A DNA stretch of 56,345 bases from Lishizhenia sp. (lineage in GTDB: Bacteria; Bacteroidota; Bacteroidia; Flavobacteriales_D; Crocinitomicaceae), in NCBI RefSeq assembly GCF_033720595.1, contig NZ_JAWWCF010000001.1:1-56345 (forward strand), written 5' to 3'. Positions 1 to 9,261 of the stretch are shown piece after piece. Positions within the stretch are counted from its first letter, which is position 1. Each line of letters starts with the position of its first letter. The position numbers and the translations under genes were made by a program. Under the pieces are notes generated by a model. It was not told the DNA's origin. It saw nothing but the letters and a program-made list of their open reading frames with translations, and did not search any database.

Positions 1-1
1 A

Positions 2-76
2 GAAGGAAAACTCTACGCCATCGCCAGAGGTTATGTGCCTTTAGAAATGGTAGAAGAGAACTTGAAGAATTTGTAA
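2..76 (+). CDS. 3' end of a CDS truncated by the window edge (EGKLYAIARGYVPLEMVEENLKNL*), possibly a DsbA-family protein
   Basis: Open frame from base 2 to TAA at 74-76, followed by an intrinsic terminator. The product guess rests on C-terminal resemblance only. Confidence 0.55.
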   Translation, partial: EGKLYAIARGYVPLEMVEENLKNL

Positions 77-100
77 AAGTTTTGAAATATAGAATTACTG

Positions 101-123
101 AAGGGCCCGAAAGGGCCTTTTTT
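101..123 (+). terminator. Intrinsic terminator
   Basis: AAGGGCCC-GAAA-GGGCCTTT hairpin with GNRA loop and T-run, just after the stop at 76. Confidence 0.85.
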
Positions 124-147
124 GTGCTTTAATTAATAGGTTTAAAC

Positions 148-176
148 TAGGTTCCCGAGCGGAGTCGAGGGGCCGA
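148..176 (+). repeat. REP-like mini-palindrome, copy 1
   Basis: TAGGTTCCCGAGCGGAGTCGAGGGGCCGA; related copies at 457, 8249, 8383 and 10460. Confidence 0.8.
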
Positions 177-241
177 ACTACCTAAGCAAGATAGGTCGAA
201 CGCTAGAGGACGACTATTAATTTCGAATTTCCAATTTATTA

Positions 242-386
242 CGGGGCTTATAACGGGCTCTCCGCTATAGTCCTTTGTTGCTTTTGTTTTGCGCTTTAGC
301 CTAAACCAAGCTTCTAAAGTCGCTTTTTATAGGCCAAGCTCCAATACATAAGCACCTTCAGGCGCTGCCGCTGCTATCCCTAAGCC
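242..386 (-). repeat. Structured ~145-nt dispersed element, copy A (Flavo-1-like base plus long hairpin)
   Basis: Minus strand reads GGGATAGCAGCGGCAG...GACTTTAGAA...CTATAGCGGAGAGCCC; same layout at 7 other loci. Confidence 0.85.
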
Positions 387-456
387 AAATCAGTTTGGAG
401 AGTGGGTAGGGAGTATGGAATAAAGTTATGAGTGTAGAGTTATGAGTTTTTAATAA

Positions 457-511
457 TAGGTTCCCGAGCGGAGCGATGCACTGAGCATTTGTCGAAGTGT
501 CGAGGGGCCGA
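457..511 (+). repeat. REP-like mini-palindrome, copy 2, interrupted by a nested 26-nt related palindrome (474-499)
   Basis: Identical to copy 1 except for CGATGCACTGAGCATTTGTCGAAGTG inserted between GGAG and TCGAGG. Confidence 0.75.
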
Positions 512-567
512 TACACCTTTATATCAATTCCACAGAACCAACGCCCTTCCTCAAACGTTCATATCAC

Positions 568-939
568 ATGACAAACGACGAACATTTATTAGCCCTTCGT
601 ACTTTCGAGGCAGAGATCAAAGACAATAAATCTGAGGTAGAAGAATTTCAGCACCGCGTTTTACGTCCTGTTCTAAAACATTTGAACGATAAATTATGGA
701 CGCTAATTAAGGCGGATACCCATTTTCAACTGCTACTCAAAAAGAGTTTACCCTCTAAAGAAAAAGAACTTCAATTGCGCAATTTCATAAAAAAGAACAA
801 TGCCTTTAAATACGAAAGTATAGGTATGACCTGCGCACTTTTTACTACGGAAGAATTTGAGTTTTATAGGGAAAACAAAAGGGATTTGGATAAACGAATT
901 ACGCAAATGGTGGAGGAGAGAGTGGTGAGTCAGTTTTGA
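568..939 (+). CDS. Conserved hypothetical Flavobacteriales protein (family often auto-annotated 'glyoxalase')
   Basis: 123-aa ORF with EEFQ..LRP.LK and FT.EE.E.Y patterns recalled from this family; function not verifiable. Confidence 0.7.
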   Translation: MTNDEHLLALRTFEAEIKDNKSEVEEFQHRVLRPVLKHLNDKLWTLIKADTHFQLLLKKSLPSKEKELQLRNFIKKNNAFKYESIGMTCALFTTEEFEFYRENKRDLDKRITQMVEERVVSQF

Positions 940-1001
940 GTATAAACACCTTTTATTTATCTTCCTATCCGAACAAGTCTACTTATTATATTGCGAAATT
1001 T

Positions 1002-1856
1002 TTAATGCATAATTACTTCTTCAATAATTCTATTCTGTTTTTTATTTTGAACATGTTTTGAATCTTCGAACAATTTACTATTCTTCAAAGAGGGGAATAT
1101 TTTTGAAGCGCGAATAAGCATTTTTTTACCGGGGAAAAGAATATCTTCTTTTGCAGCGAAAATGGTAATCGGAGTTGTTATATTCTTTGCTTTCTTAGAA
1201 TCTATAATTGGTACTGGTGTAAAATCCATTTCAAATTCAGGAATCACTTTCTGAAGAAATGCTAAAGCAAACTTATCCCGGTCGGTGAAAAGGTTGGATA
1301 AGAATTTCTCTAAATGCGCCATTTTATTTGATTTCATGAATCTTTTCATAGGTATAAACACTTTGAATAATGCTTTTAATGGATTACCGTTTACAATGTA
1401 AGCAGGTGCAGATAAAAACACTTCCTTGATCTTACTTTCATCATGCTCCAAAGTTTTTAAAATTACCAAACCTCCAAAGGAGAAACCTGCCATTGTTACG
1501 TTTGTGATATCGAGTTCTGTAATAATCTCATTCATCCATTGTCCATAAGATTCGTCTTTCATACTGGGCCTTGTTTCTGCACTTTTATTCGGCTGAGCAA
1601 TAACATCTACAGCGTAAACTCTGAATTTTTGATGCAGGTTAGGATAAGTTTCCAATGCTACTGGGGCGCATCCGTTTGAACCATGCACAATGATTATTGG
1701 TGGATTCAAAGGGTTTCCAGTGACTATGATATTGGTGTTTCCAAAACTGGTTTTTATTGTTTGGAATTCGAAATCAATGTTCAGGCTCTTTAGCTTTCTA
1801 TCATAAAGTTTAAAGATTTCCTTTTTTCCTTTTTCTGATTTAAATAATGATTTCAT
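1002..1856 (-). CDS. Alpha/beta fold hydrolase
   Basis: HG oxyanion motif (IVHGSNG), nucleophile elbow GFSFGG, C-terminal His (SKH). Confidence 0.9.
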   Translation of the reverse strand: MKSLFKSEKGKKEIFKLYDRKLKSLNIDFEFQTIKTSFGNTNIIVTGNPLNPPIIIVHGSNGCAPVALETYPNLHQKFRVYAVDVIAQPNKSAETRPSMKDESYGQWMNEIITELDITNVTMAGFSFGGLVILKTLEHDESKIKEVFLSAPAYIVNGNPLKALFKVFIPMKRFMKSNKMAHLEKFLSNLFTDRDKFALAFLQKVIPEFEMDFTPVPIIDSKKAKNITTPITIFAAKEDILFPGKKMLIRASKIFPSLKNSKLFEDSKHVQNKKQNRIIEEVIMH

Positions 1857-2008
1857 TTATGATTTTTTTGTTTAATGTATCCAATTAAGGCTCCGATAGA
1901 AATACCAACTGAAATTCCTATGGCAAGGCTGTCCAATATCATTCCTATGGCTGCGCCAATACCTGTTCCTATAGCGATACCTGCAGCTACATAATTTGTT
2001 TGTTTCAT
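1853..2008 (-). CDS. Small glycine-zipper membrane protein, 51 aa (below the ORF-track cutoff)
   Basis: MKQTNYVAAGIAIGTGIGAAIGMILDSLAIGISVGISIGALIGYIKQKNHK; repeated GxxxG, basic tail, and ATGA stop/start overlap with the hydrolase. Confidence 0.7.
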   Translation of the reverse strand: MKQTNYVAAGIAIGTGIGAAIGMILDSLAIGISVGISIGALIGYIKQKNHK

Positions 2009-2116
2009 TCTCTCATGTTTATTGATTTGCTCATGCTACTACAACACTCACTTTATTCGCCTTTCTTGATTTTAGATAAGTTTTAAAACTAATCCTTCTT
2101 GTGTGTAAAATGTTAT

Positions 2117-3055
2117 TCAATGAGAAAGGGTTATAATGATATTTCCTCGTTTATGTCCTAATTCCACATAATTATGGGCCTCAGTAATTTTATCAAGGGG
2201 AAAAACTTTATCAATAACCGGTTTAAGTTTACCCTTTTCTACCAATTCTTTAAGTTTTAAAAATGCCTTTTTTGGAGTTTTGGGAACACCTTTGTCAATG
2301 GATATGTATTTTCCTCCAGTGGTTAGCGCCAGTTTGCTTTTTTCTTTTAAGGTTGATGACTTACTGTTTCCAACTGCGTCGATTACGTATTTATAGGTGT
2401 CCAATTCATGCTCTGCATTTTCTGCGGTGTAGTCAATTACCATGTCTGATCCCAATGAGTTAACGAGTTCAAAATTTCTTTTACTACAAACGCTTGTTAT
2501 TAGTGCTCCCTCGTTTTTGGCAAGCTGTAATGCCGCGGTTCCAATGCTTCCAGATGCTCCGTAGATAAGTACTTTATCACCTTTTTTAATTTTAGTTTGG
2601 TTTATTAGGTGAGAAGCCAATAATCCACCATAAGGAATAGCAGCAGCCTCTTCAAAACTTACATTTTCTGGCTTGGTAGCGATGTTCCAATCCTGTGGCA
2701 AACAAATAAATTCTGCATAAGATCCAAACCTATTTTTCATAGGAGAAATAGAACCGTATGCGAAAACTTCATCTCCAATATTAAATGAATTAACTTTAAA
2801 ACCTTTATCCACAACTACACCAGATGTTACCATTCCTAAAACAGGATTTCTGGGTTTTCCGAAACCAAAGATCAGTTGAAGTATAAATTTGGAAACAGGA
2901 GGTTCGTTCAACTTACGAATAAGGACATCACTTGCGGTTACTGAAGTCGCTTTTATACTTATTAGTACTTCATTTGCCTTGGGTGTTGGTTTCTCAACAT
3001 CACCCATTACCAGGTGTTCAGACCCTCCGTATTTAAGGCATTTAATCGCTTTCAT
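2117..3055 (-). CDS. NAD(P)-dependent alcohol dehydrogenase / quinone oxidoreductase-like (MDR family)
   Basis: GroES-like N-terminus, GSYAEF, VLIYGASGSIG nucleotide-binding motif, KPVIDKVFPL and GHKRG C-terminus. Confidence 0.9.
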   Translation of the reverse strand: MKAIKCLKYGGSEHLVMGDVEKPTPKANEVLISIKATSVTASDVLIRKLNEPPVSKFILQLIFGFGKPRNPVLGMVTSGVVVDKGFKVNSFNIGDEVFAYGSISPMKNRFGSYAEFICLPQDWNIATKPENVSFEEAAAIPYGGLLASHLINQTKIKKGDKVLIYGASGSIGTAALQLAKNEGALITSVCSKRNFELVNSLGSDMVIDYTAENAEHELDTYKYVIDAVGNSKSSTLKEKSKLALTTGGKYISIDKGVPKTPKKAFLKLKELVEKGKLKPVIDKVFPLDKITEAHNYVELGHKRGNIIITLSH

Positions 3056-3140
3056 AATTAATCTTGTTTAATTGACTTTAATAACTTCAATAATGTTGGG
3101 TGCATAGGTTTAAAAGCAGGGGAAATGATTATTGTTTTTA

Positions 3141-3710
3141 CTAAAACCTATACCCTATACGTAAGTGCATGTTTAATTCTAATTCAGTTTTATCCTTTGG
3201 ATACCCTGCACGTTCGGCAAAGGTGTGACTAAGACCCACACCAAGACCTGCTTCGTAATTAAAATGTTTTCCTAAATTTCTTCTAATACCCCATGTTGGA
3301 ATAATGGAGAAATCACTTACAACAGGAGCATTGTCAGGGTTGAACAGTACAAACCAGTCAGGGTGAAAGCTTGTTTTTAAAGCGATAAAATCACCACTGT
3401 TTCCATCAATTCTTTTTGAATTTTGTGAGCGTCTTTTGAGGTTATAGTAATATCTTGGTTCAATAACTATAACAGGTGTAAGTAGGAAAGGAGAATCATA
3501 ATCATCATAATAAGTAGTTTCCCAAATACCAAAATCAAAACCAATTTCGGTTCTTAGTGCTATGCTGTTAACTAATTTGACTTCATTATATACCCAGCCC
3601 CCTAAAACGCCAGTTTGTATTCCAAATGTAGATCTTTCAACACTTATGTTTTGAGCTTTTGAGACTAGCGTTAGTCCTGTTAGTATTATAATTAATAAAG
3701 TTTTTTTCAT
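3141..3710 (-). CDS. Hypothetical outer-membrane beta-barrel protein
   Basis: Signal peptide, amphipathic strands, EPRYYYN and C-terminal LRIGYRF (BAM-type signal). Confidence 0.8.
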   Translation of the reverse strand: MKKTLLIIILTGLTLVSKAQNISVERSTFGIQTGVLGGWVYNEVKLVNSIALRTEIGFDFGIWETTYYDDYDSPFLLTPVIVIEPRYYYNLKRRSQNSKRIDGNSGDFIALKTSFHPDWFVLFNPDNAPVVSDFSIIPTWGIRRNLGKHFNYEAGLGVGLSHTFAERAGYPKDKTELELNMHLRIGYRF

Positions 3711-3960
3711 AATAAATGACTTTTAAAGATTACGAGGACAAAGGTCGATGTTCAAGGCTCTATAAAGGTTCGTAATCTCAAGTGTATGTTCGCAATTACA
3801 TATCCGAACCAAGACCTATAATTCGGAACTTCTCTGCAGCTGAACCTCCTCATATTTGTTCTTGATTGTGAAAATCAGTCATTTAACTCGTATTGTCATA
3901 AATGATAATATCAATTAAAAACAGAATCAAATAATAGTTTAAACTTTTAATCAAGAAAAA

Positions 3961-4755
3961 ATGAAAAACAGCAATTTATTAGTAGTATCATTTCTTTTAT
4001 TGTCAACCGCATCTATAGCACAACTTACAGGTGATAGTAAACCAAAATTCGAGATGAAACGTAACCACATTCAGTTTGAATTAGGTACAGGGTCTGGTAA
4101 AATCGAAGATAAGCAATTGTCTATTGACAGGATAAAGTACAGTTCAGTTAGTGCTCAATTGGGATACGAACATCACTTGAAAAATGATTTCCGTTTTCAG
4201 TTTTATCTGTCCAACGATGCTACCAAGCTTAAACAGAAAAGTGAGGGACTTGATGCGCCTTATGTTGCGTTTGAATCGAGCCTAGGTTTTTTGGCGCCAG
4301 TGGTGAAGACTAAGGGTGGTTTCAACATGCACTTGGGAGCTAGCTATGCTTTTAGTACTCGCTTTGCTAATTGGGAAAAACGTAACCTGACTGATGGCAA
4401 CTTCAGTTCACTTACGGCGCATCACTTGAATGTCGCTATGCAGTTCGAATATAAAAAGGATAGATGGCGCACTACATTGGGCTTGAACATGCCAATAATG
4501 GCACATGTCTACAGATCTACTGACCCCACGATAACGATAGTCAATGGCGAATTCTCTCCACTTTTTGAAAATGGAAAAAGAGCTACACCTAAAAACTACA
4601 AAGTTCCAGAAGCGAGGTTGATGATAGGTTATAAGGTGACTAATTTCTTGGAATTGAACCTTAACTATGACTATAAACAAATTAATAGTTCTTTTGGAGC
4701 AGATATAAAACAAGTAGAACATCAGGTACGCATGGGAATAGTGTTCAACTTCTAA
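3961..4755 (+). CDS. Hypothetical outer-membrane beta-barrel protein
   Basis: Signal peptide, alternating-hydrophobic strands, C-terminal MGIVFNF. Confidence 0.8.
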   Translation: MKNSNLLVVSFLLLSTASIAQLTGDSKPKFEMKRNHIQFELGTGSGKIEDKQLSIDRIKYSSVSAQLGYEHHLKNDFRFQFYLSNDATKLKQKSEGLDAPYVAFESSLGFLAPVVKTKGGFNMHLGASYAFSTRFANWEKRNLTDGNFSSLTAHHLNVAMQFEYKKDRWRTTLGLNMPIMAHVYRSTDPTITIVNGEFSPLFENGKRATPKNYKVPEARLMIGYKVTNFLELNLNYDYKQINSSFGADIKQVEHQVRMGIVFNF

Positions 4756-4797
4756 ATCATTAACTGAGGTCCCTTATTTTGTAATAAAGAGTTAATT

Positions 4798-4828
4798 AAA
4801 ATCCCCTCCTACTGTGGTGGGGTTTTTT
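4798..4828. terminator. Probable bidirectional intrinsic terminator
   Basis: AAAATCCCC...GGGGTTTTTT between convergent genes. Confidence 0.65.
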
Positions 4829-4843
4829 GTCTTAGGCAAAGTA

Positions 4844-6643
4844 TTAGTCTTTCAGAAACTGTTTTGGCGTAAGACCTGTTTCTTTTTTAAAATAAGTGTT
4901 GAAAACAGTTTTTGAGTTAAAACCACAGTCGTAGGCAATGGACATAATCGTGAGATGTGCATTCTCAGGAAGTTTGGCTAAATATTTAAACTCCTCTATA
5001 CGGTAATGATTGATGAACTCATTGAAATTCTTGCCTATTATATCGTTCAGTAACCAGGAAAGTTGGTTGGCATGCATACCCAATTCATCCGCTAATGTGC
5101 GTAAGGAAAGGTTTGGGTTCAGATAGGATTTTTCGATTTCTATACGTTGCTGAAGTTTAGCTTTGAATTTAACTGTAGCTTCCTCATCAAGGAGACCTTT
5201 TTTTGTAGTTACTTCTGTATACAATTCAAAAAGTTCTTCAGGAAAGAGTTTTTTATGAAACTCTGAATATCTGGGATCACCTTTAATTGGGTTGACCAAT
5301 GGATCTGTGTATCGGAGCAAAAGCATTGGAGATTTGGTTTCCATTGCTTGTGAAACCCAATCGAAAGCATTCTCAGTTTCTCCTAGAGCGCAATACAAAA
5401 GGAAAAGGTAGGAACTAGCTGTAAATCCATCTGAAACCTTTGCTTGCTCCACCAAAGCATTTCGGTATTTTTCTGTGCTTTCTATGTCCTTGTTAATTGC
5501 GTAAGATAAGGCAATGGCACCGGTTTTTTCTTCCTTAATAAGAATTTCGGGAGGCATTGCATTGAAAAAAGGAATTACCTCATGGCTTCGTCCCATCATA
5601 AGAAGACAAGTAGCTTTGACTGATAGCACAGGTATGTTCTTTGGACTGAACTCTAAACATCTATCCAATTTCTTTAAGGATTTGTTATAATCCTCTAACA
5701 TATAATCCAAGTAACCACTAAAGAATTGGGTTTCATGAGACAATGGGTCCAGAGTGAGCGCGATATCCAAATGCTTTTTGGCTTTTTCTTTTTGTCCAGC
5801 CAAAACATAGAGTAAAGCCATGAATTGCTGTGCTTCTACATAATTAGGATTTAGCTCAATGGACTTTGAATTAAGTTCAAATGCCCTTCGATAATTACCC
5901 TCGGTAAAGAAAGCAATATTAGCAAGGAGGCAATATGCATTTGGTAATTGGTCGTTCAGTTGCACTGCTTGGTTTGCTAGTGCAGCAGCTTTCCCCCAGC
6001 CCTCCTCAAAAGAAATATATCCACAAGTTGCCAGAAAACTATAAGCATCGCCAAGTCCTACCAGTGATTTTGCATGATTCGGATCTTTCTCCAGCGCTTC
6101 TTCATAGAAAGTAATAGCGATTTGAACATCCTCTGGATTCCACTTGTTTTTGTAAAACGAGGCTTTTAGCGAATATTCGTATGCATCAATACTCTCAGTT
6201 TGTTTTTCAACCAAGTGTTCGTTGATTTCAAGGTGACCGAAATGCTCCCTCAATCGATCTGCAATCAACAAACTAATTTCATCCTGAACTTCGAAAATAT
6301 TTTCAAGTTTTCTATCCCAAGATTCTGACCAAAAGTGAAAATCCTCTACTGCGTCTATTAACTGAGCAGTTATGCGTACGGAATCACCGAATAATCGGAC
6401 GCTACCTTCGAGCAAGGTAGAAACCCCTAAATCTTTTCCAATATTGCGAATGGGAATGTTTTTCCCTTTGAAATGAAAGGCAGAGGTTCTAGATGTAACT
6501 TTCAATCCATCAATCTTCGCTAAAGCATTGATAATCTCTTCCGTGATACCATCACTAAAGTATTCATTCTGCTCATTCGCACTCATGTTCACGAAAGGAA
6601 GAACGGCAATTGTTTTATCATTTATGTTGCTATGAACGTTCAC
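4844..6643 (-). CDS. TolB-like N-domain / TPR / AraC-HTH transcriptional regulator
   Basis: IAVLPFVNMS...YFSDGITEEII N-domain, several TPR helices, C-terminal AraC HTH (IAYDCGFNSKTVFNTYFKKETGLTP); GTG start. Confidence 0.9.
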   Translation of the reverse strand: MNVHSNINDKTIAVLPFVNMSANEQNEYFSDGITEEIINALAKIDGLKVTSRTSAFHFKGKNIPIRNIGKDLGVSTLLEGSVRLFGDSVRITAQLIDAVEDFHFWSESWDRKLENIFEVQDEISLLIADRLREHFGHLEINEHLVEKQTESIDAYEYSLKASFYKNKWNPEDVQIAITFYEEALEKDPNHAKSLVGLGDAYSFLATCGYISFEEGWGKAAALANQAVQLNDQLPNAYCLLANIAFFTEGNYRRAFELNSKSIELNPNYVEAQQFMALLYVLAGQKEKAKKHLDIALTLDPLSHETQFFSGYLDYMLEDYNKSLKKLDRCLEFSPKNIPVLSVKATCLLMMGRSHEVIPFFNAMPPEILIKEEKTGAIALSYAINKDIESTEKYRNALVEQAKVSDGFTASSYLFLLYCALGETENAFDWVSQAMETKSPMLLLRYTDPLVNPIKGDPRYSEFHKKLFPEELFELYTEVTTKKGLLDEEATVKFKAKLQQRIEIEKSYLNPNLSLRTLADELGMHANQLSWLLNDIIGKNFNEFINHYRIEEFKYLAKLPENAHLTIMSIAYDCGFNSKTVFNTYFKKETGLTPKQFLKD

Positions 6644-6896
6644 TTCTAATCTGCGGATAATGGATTCTCAAATGTAATACAACAGATAGTATATGCCAAG
6701 AAGGTCAAAAGCTATTGATAGCTTTTTAATTTTATTCTAAACCAATTCAAGGTGTTTATATTAAAAGATAAGCAGTATTTACTAAATGGAGGAAATATGT
6801 TACTACTACCACTTATTTAAAATAAACAGTCCTTTTTTCTATGTGTGGAGATTTTTGCGACGAAATTTCAACTCCCTACTCACACTCCAAACTGAC

Positions 6897-8159
6897 TTAC
6901 CCTTCTTTCTTTGGGCTTTCTGCTTTAGGTTTTCCTCCTCCTTTTTTCCCTGGTTTCTTGTAGAATTTCTTTTTCCCTGAGAACTTTTTGTTTTTAGACC
7001 TTGCCGGAGCATCTTTCCAAACGGGACCCGGTTCCATACCTTCTGGCAATGCTAGTTTTGGAATAGAAGATTCTATCAACTTTTCTATGTTGCGCACGCG
7101 GAACATGTCCTTTTCGTTCACCAAAGTAAAGGCTTCTCCCTTTGTATTTGCACGGGCAGTTCTACCTACTCTGTGTACGTAATCGGCAGCATCATGGGGC
7201 ACATCATAGTTGATGACCATGTTAATTTCCTTGATGTCTATACCTCTACTCATTACATCAGTAGCTACCAAAATACGTATACGCTTAGATCTAAATCCAC
7301 GCAATACTTCTTCTCGTTTGTCTTGTTCTAAATTCGAAGAAATTCCTTTGGCTTTGAAACCGTTTTTATTGAGCGACTTCACAATTTCACTCACTTTACT
7401 CTTCGATGAGGTAAATATGATGATGGAATCGTAGTCTGTTCTATCTGCAAATATATGCTTGAGGATGTCTAACTTCTGGTTGTCGTGTACCAAGTAAATT
7501 TTATGATCTACTCCCTCAGCAGGCTTGGCAATTCCTAAACGAATCTCTGTATGATCAAGAAGAATTCGCGTAGCTAATCCCATCAAGCTTTTGGCCATGG
7601 TTGCACTAAACATCAGGGTTTGGTGCTTTTTAGGTAAGTAAGAAATGATGGATTTTAAATCATCAATGAATCCCATGTCTAACATTCTGTCGGCTTCGTC
7701 CAATACCAAATGTTTTACATGTTTAAAATTAACGTGACCCATTTTTAAGTGAGACAATAACTTACCCGGTGTAGCAACGATGATGTCTGTTCCTTTAGAC
7801 AAAGCTTCTTTTTGCTCCGACCAATCTGCACCGTCACCACCACCGTAAATGGCTTTAGACCCCACAGAAATAAAGTAAGATAAACCTTGAATTTGTTGTT
7901 CAATTTGAACGGCAAGCTCACGTGTTGGAACAATGATAAGGGTGTCGATATTGGTGTCTTGTTTCCCCACCAACTTGTTCAATATAGGCAATACAAATGC
8001 TGCAGTTTTCCCTGTTCCAGTTTGCGCACAGGCCAAAACATCTTTGTTGTCTAAGATCAGTGGAATGGCTTGCTCTTGGATGGGCGTTGCAGTTTCGAAG
8101 CCCATGTAATCTAACGCATTTACAAGCTCTTCGTTTAAGTTTAATTCTGTGAATTTCAT
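6897..8159 (-). CDS. DEAD-box RNA helicase (RhlE-like)
   Basis: Q motif, AQTGTGKT, PTRELA, DEAD, SAT, HRVGRTAR; Lys-rich tail. Confidence 0.95.
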   Translation of the reverse strand: MKFTELNLNEELVNALDYMGFETATPIQEQAIPLILDNKDVLACAQTGTGKTAAFVLPILNKLVGKQDTNIDTLIIVPTRELAVQIEQQIQGLSYFISVGSKAIYGGGDGADWSEQKEALSKGTDIIVATPGKLLSHLKMGHVNFKHVKHLVLDEADRMLDMGFIDDLKSIISYLPKKHQTLMFSATMAKSLMGLATRILLDHTEIRLGIAKPAEGVDHKIYLVHDNQKLDILKHIFADRTDYDSIIIFTSSKSKVSEIVKSLNKNGFKAKGISSNLEQDKREEVLRGFRSKRIRILVATDVMSRGIDIKEINMVINYDVPHDAADYVHRVGRTARANTKGEAFTLVNEKDMFRVRNIEKLIESSIPKLALPEGMEPGPVWKDAPARSKNKKFSGKKKFYKKPGKKGGGKPKAESPKKEG

Positions 8160-8248
8160 TGGGTTTAAAGATAAGGAGATAATTGGACTTGTGCTGAATT
8201 CGTAAAGAATATTGTAGTGGGATGAAAAAGATATAAACTTCTAATTAC

Positions 8249-8275
8249 GGTTTCTCGACTCCGTTCGAAAACCTA
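8249..8275 (-). repeat. REP-like mini-palindrome, copy 3
   Basis: Reverse complement TAGGTTTTCGAACGGAGTCGAGAAACC. Confidence 0.7.
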
Positions 8276-8382
8276 CTGAATAAGTTCTGTTTTAATGGTT
8301 CAAAACCATATCCACTCTGGAACCGGTTATCTTTATTCTTGTTAAGATTTAAGTATTTTAATTTTAAACCAACACTCGAACA

Positions 8383-8406
8383 AGGTTCTCGAGCGGAGTC
8401 GAGAGA
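8383..8406 (+). repeat. REP-like mini-palindrome, copy 4
   Basis: AGGTTCTCGAGCGGAGTCGAGAGA, inverted relative to copy 3. Confidence 0.8.
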
Positions 8407-8415
8407 CAAACCATC

Positions 8416-8487
8416 AAACTAGTCATCTAAGCGTCTAACGGTCTAAAAGACTAGAAATCTAGGTATGTAGCCATCTAGAACTCTAAC
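8416..8487. repeat. Degenerate period-8 tandem tract (nnTCTAnn x9)
   Basis: aaactagt catctaag cgtctaac ggtctaaa agactaga aatctagg tatgtagc catctaga actctaac. Confidence 0.75.
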
Positions 8488-8693
8488 TAAATGTCTGTAT
8501 CCAAAATGTGCTGTACGCGCCCAACCTCTCCAGTTGTTAACTGCACTTTTATGCCGTGGGGGTGCTGCGGACTTTTGGTTAACAAACGTTTTACTTCACC
8601 TTCTGTAAGTTCACCTGTACGTTGGTGGTGTTTTTGCACGATTTCTACAATGTACCCTACTTTGATGTCTTTACGGAAAGTTCCCTCACTCAT
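8487..8693 (-). CDS. YwbE (DUF2196) family protein
   Basis: QRTGELTEG.VKRLLTKSP.HPHGIKV.L..GEVGRV signature. Start moved to ATG 8693 because a -7 element lies at 8711-8718 and the longer ORF overlaps the divergent gene. Confidence 0.9.
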   Translation of the reverse strand: MSEGTFRKDIKVGYIVEIVQKHHQRTGELTEGEVKRLLTKSPQHPHGIKVQLTTGEVGRVQHILDTDI

Positions 8694-8710
8694 GAATTCT
8701 GATTTTGTAA

Positions 8711-8718
8711 CAAAGATA
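8711..8718 (-). promoter_or_regulatory. Bacteroidota sigma-70 -7 element (TATCTTTG) for the YwbE gene
   Basis: Matches the TAnnTTTG consensus 17 nt upstream of the ATG. Confidence 0.6.
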
Positions 8719-8778
8719 GCGTTTCTCTCAGCTTTGGAAAGCGCAAGTTCTTCTATCTTTAAGGTCTTATTATAACCC

Positions 8779-9261
8779 ATGATTAGAGAAATACAAGCGA
8801 AAGACAATAAAGCCATTGCGGGTGTAATACGCAGCGCTTTGGAAGAATATGGTCAGGCCAAAGAAGGAACGGTGTATACTGATCCTACAACCGATCATTT
8901 GTTTGAACTTTTTAAAACGGAGGGTTCTATTTATTTCATTTTGGAATTGGAAGGTAAAGTTGTGGGCGGTTGTGGTATTTACCCGACCAAAGGTCTCCCA
9001 ACAGGCTACGCAGAATTGGTAAAACTTTATCTCAATTCAAACCTTAGAGGAAAGGGTTACGGAAAAGAACTCATGCAAAAAAGTATGGATGCCGCACAAG
9101 CTATGGGCTATACATATTTGTATTTGGAGTCTATTCCAGCCTTAAATGAAGCCGTGCATTTGTACGAAAAAGTAGGTTTTAAAAAGTTAGACGCACCCCT
9201 GGGAGATTCTGGTCATTTTTCATGTGACTTATGGATGGAAAAGAAGTTGGGCTTCGAGTAG
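8779..9261 (+). CDS. GNAT family N-acetyltransferase
   Basis: ELVKLYL...RGKGYG acetyl-CoA motif, A..LYEKVGF. Confidence 0.92.
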   Translation: MIREIQAKDNKAIAGVIRSALEEYGQAKEGTVYTDPTTDHLFELFKTEGSIYFILELEGKVVGGCGIYPTKGLPTGYAELVKLYLNSNLRGKGYGKELMQKSMDAAQAMGYTYLYLESIPALNEAVHLYEKVGFKKLDAPLGDSGHFSCDLWMEKKLGFE

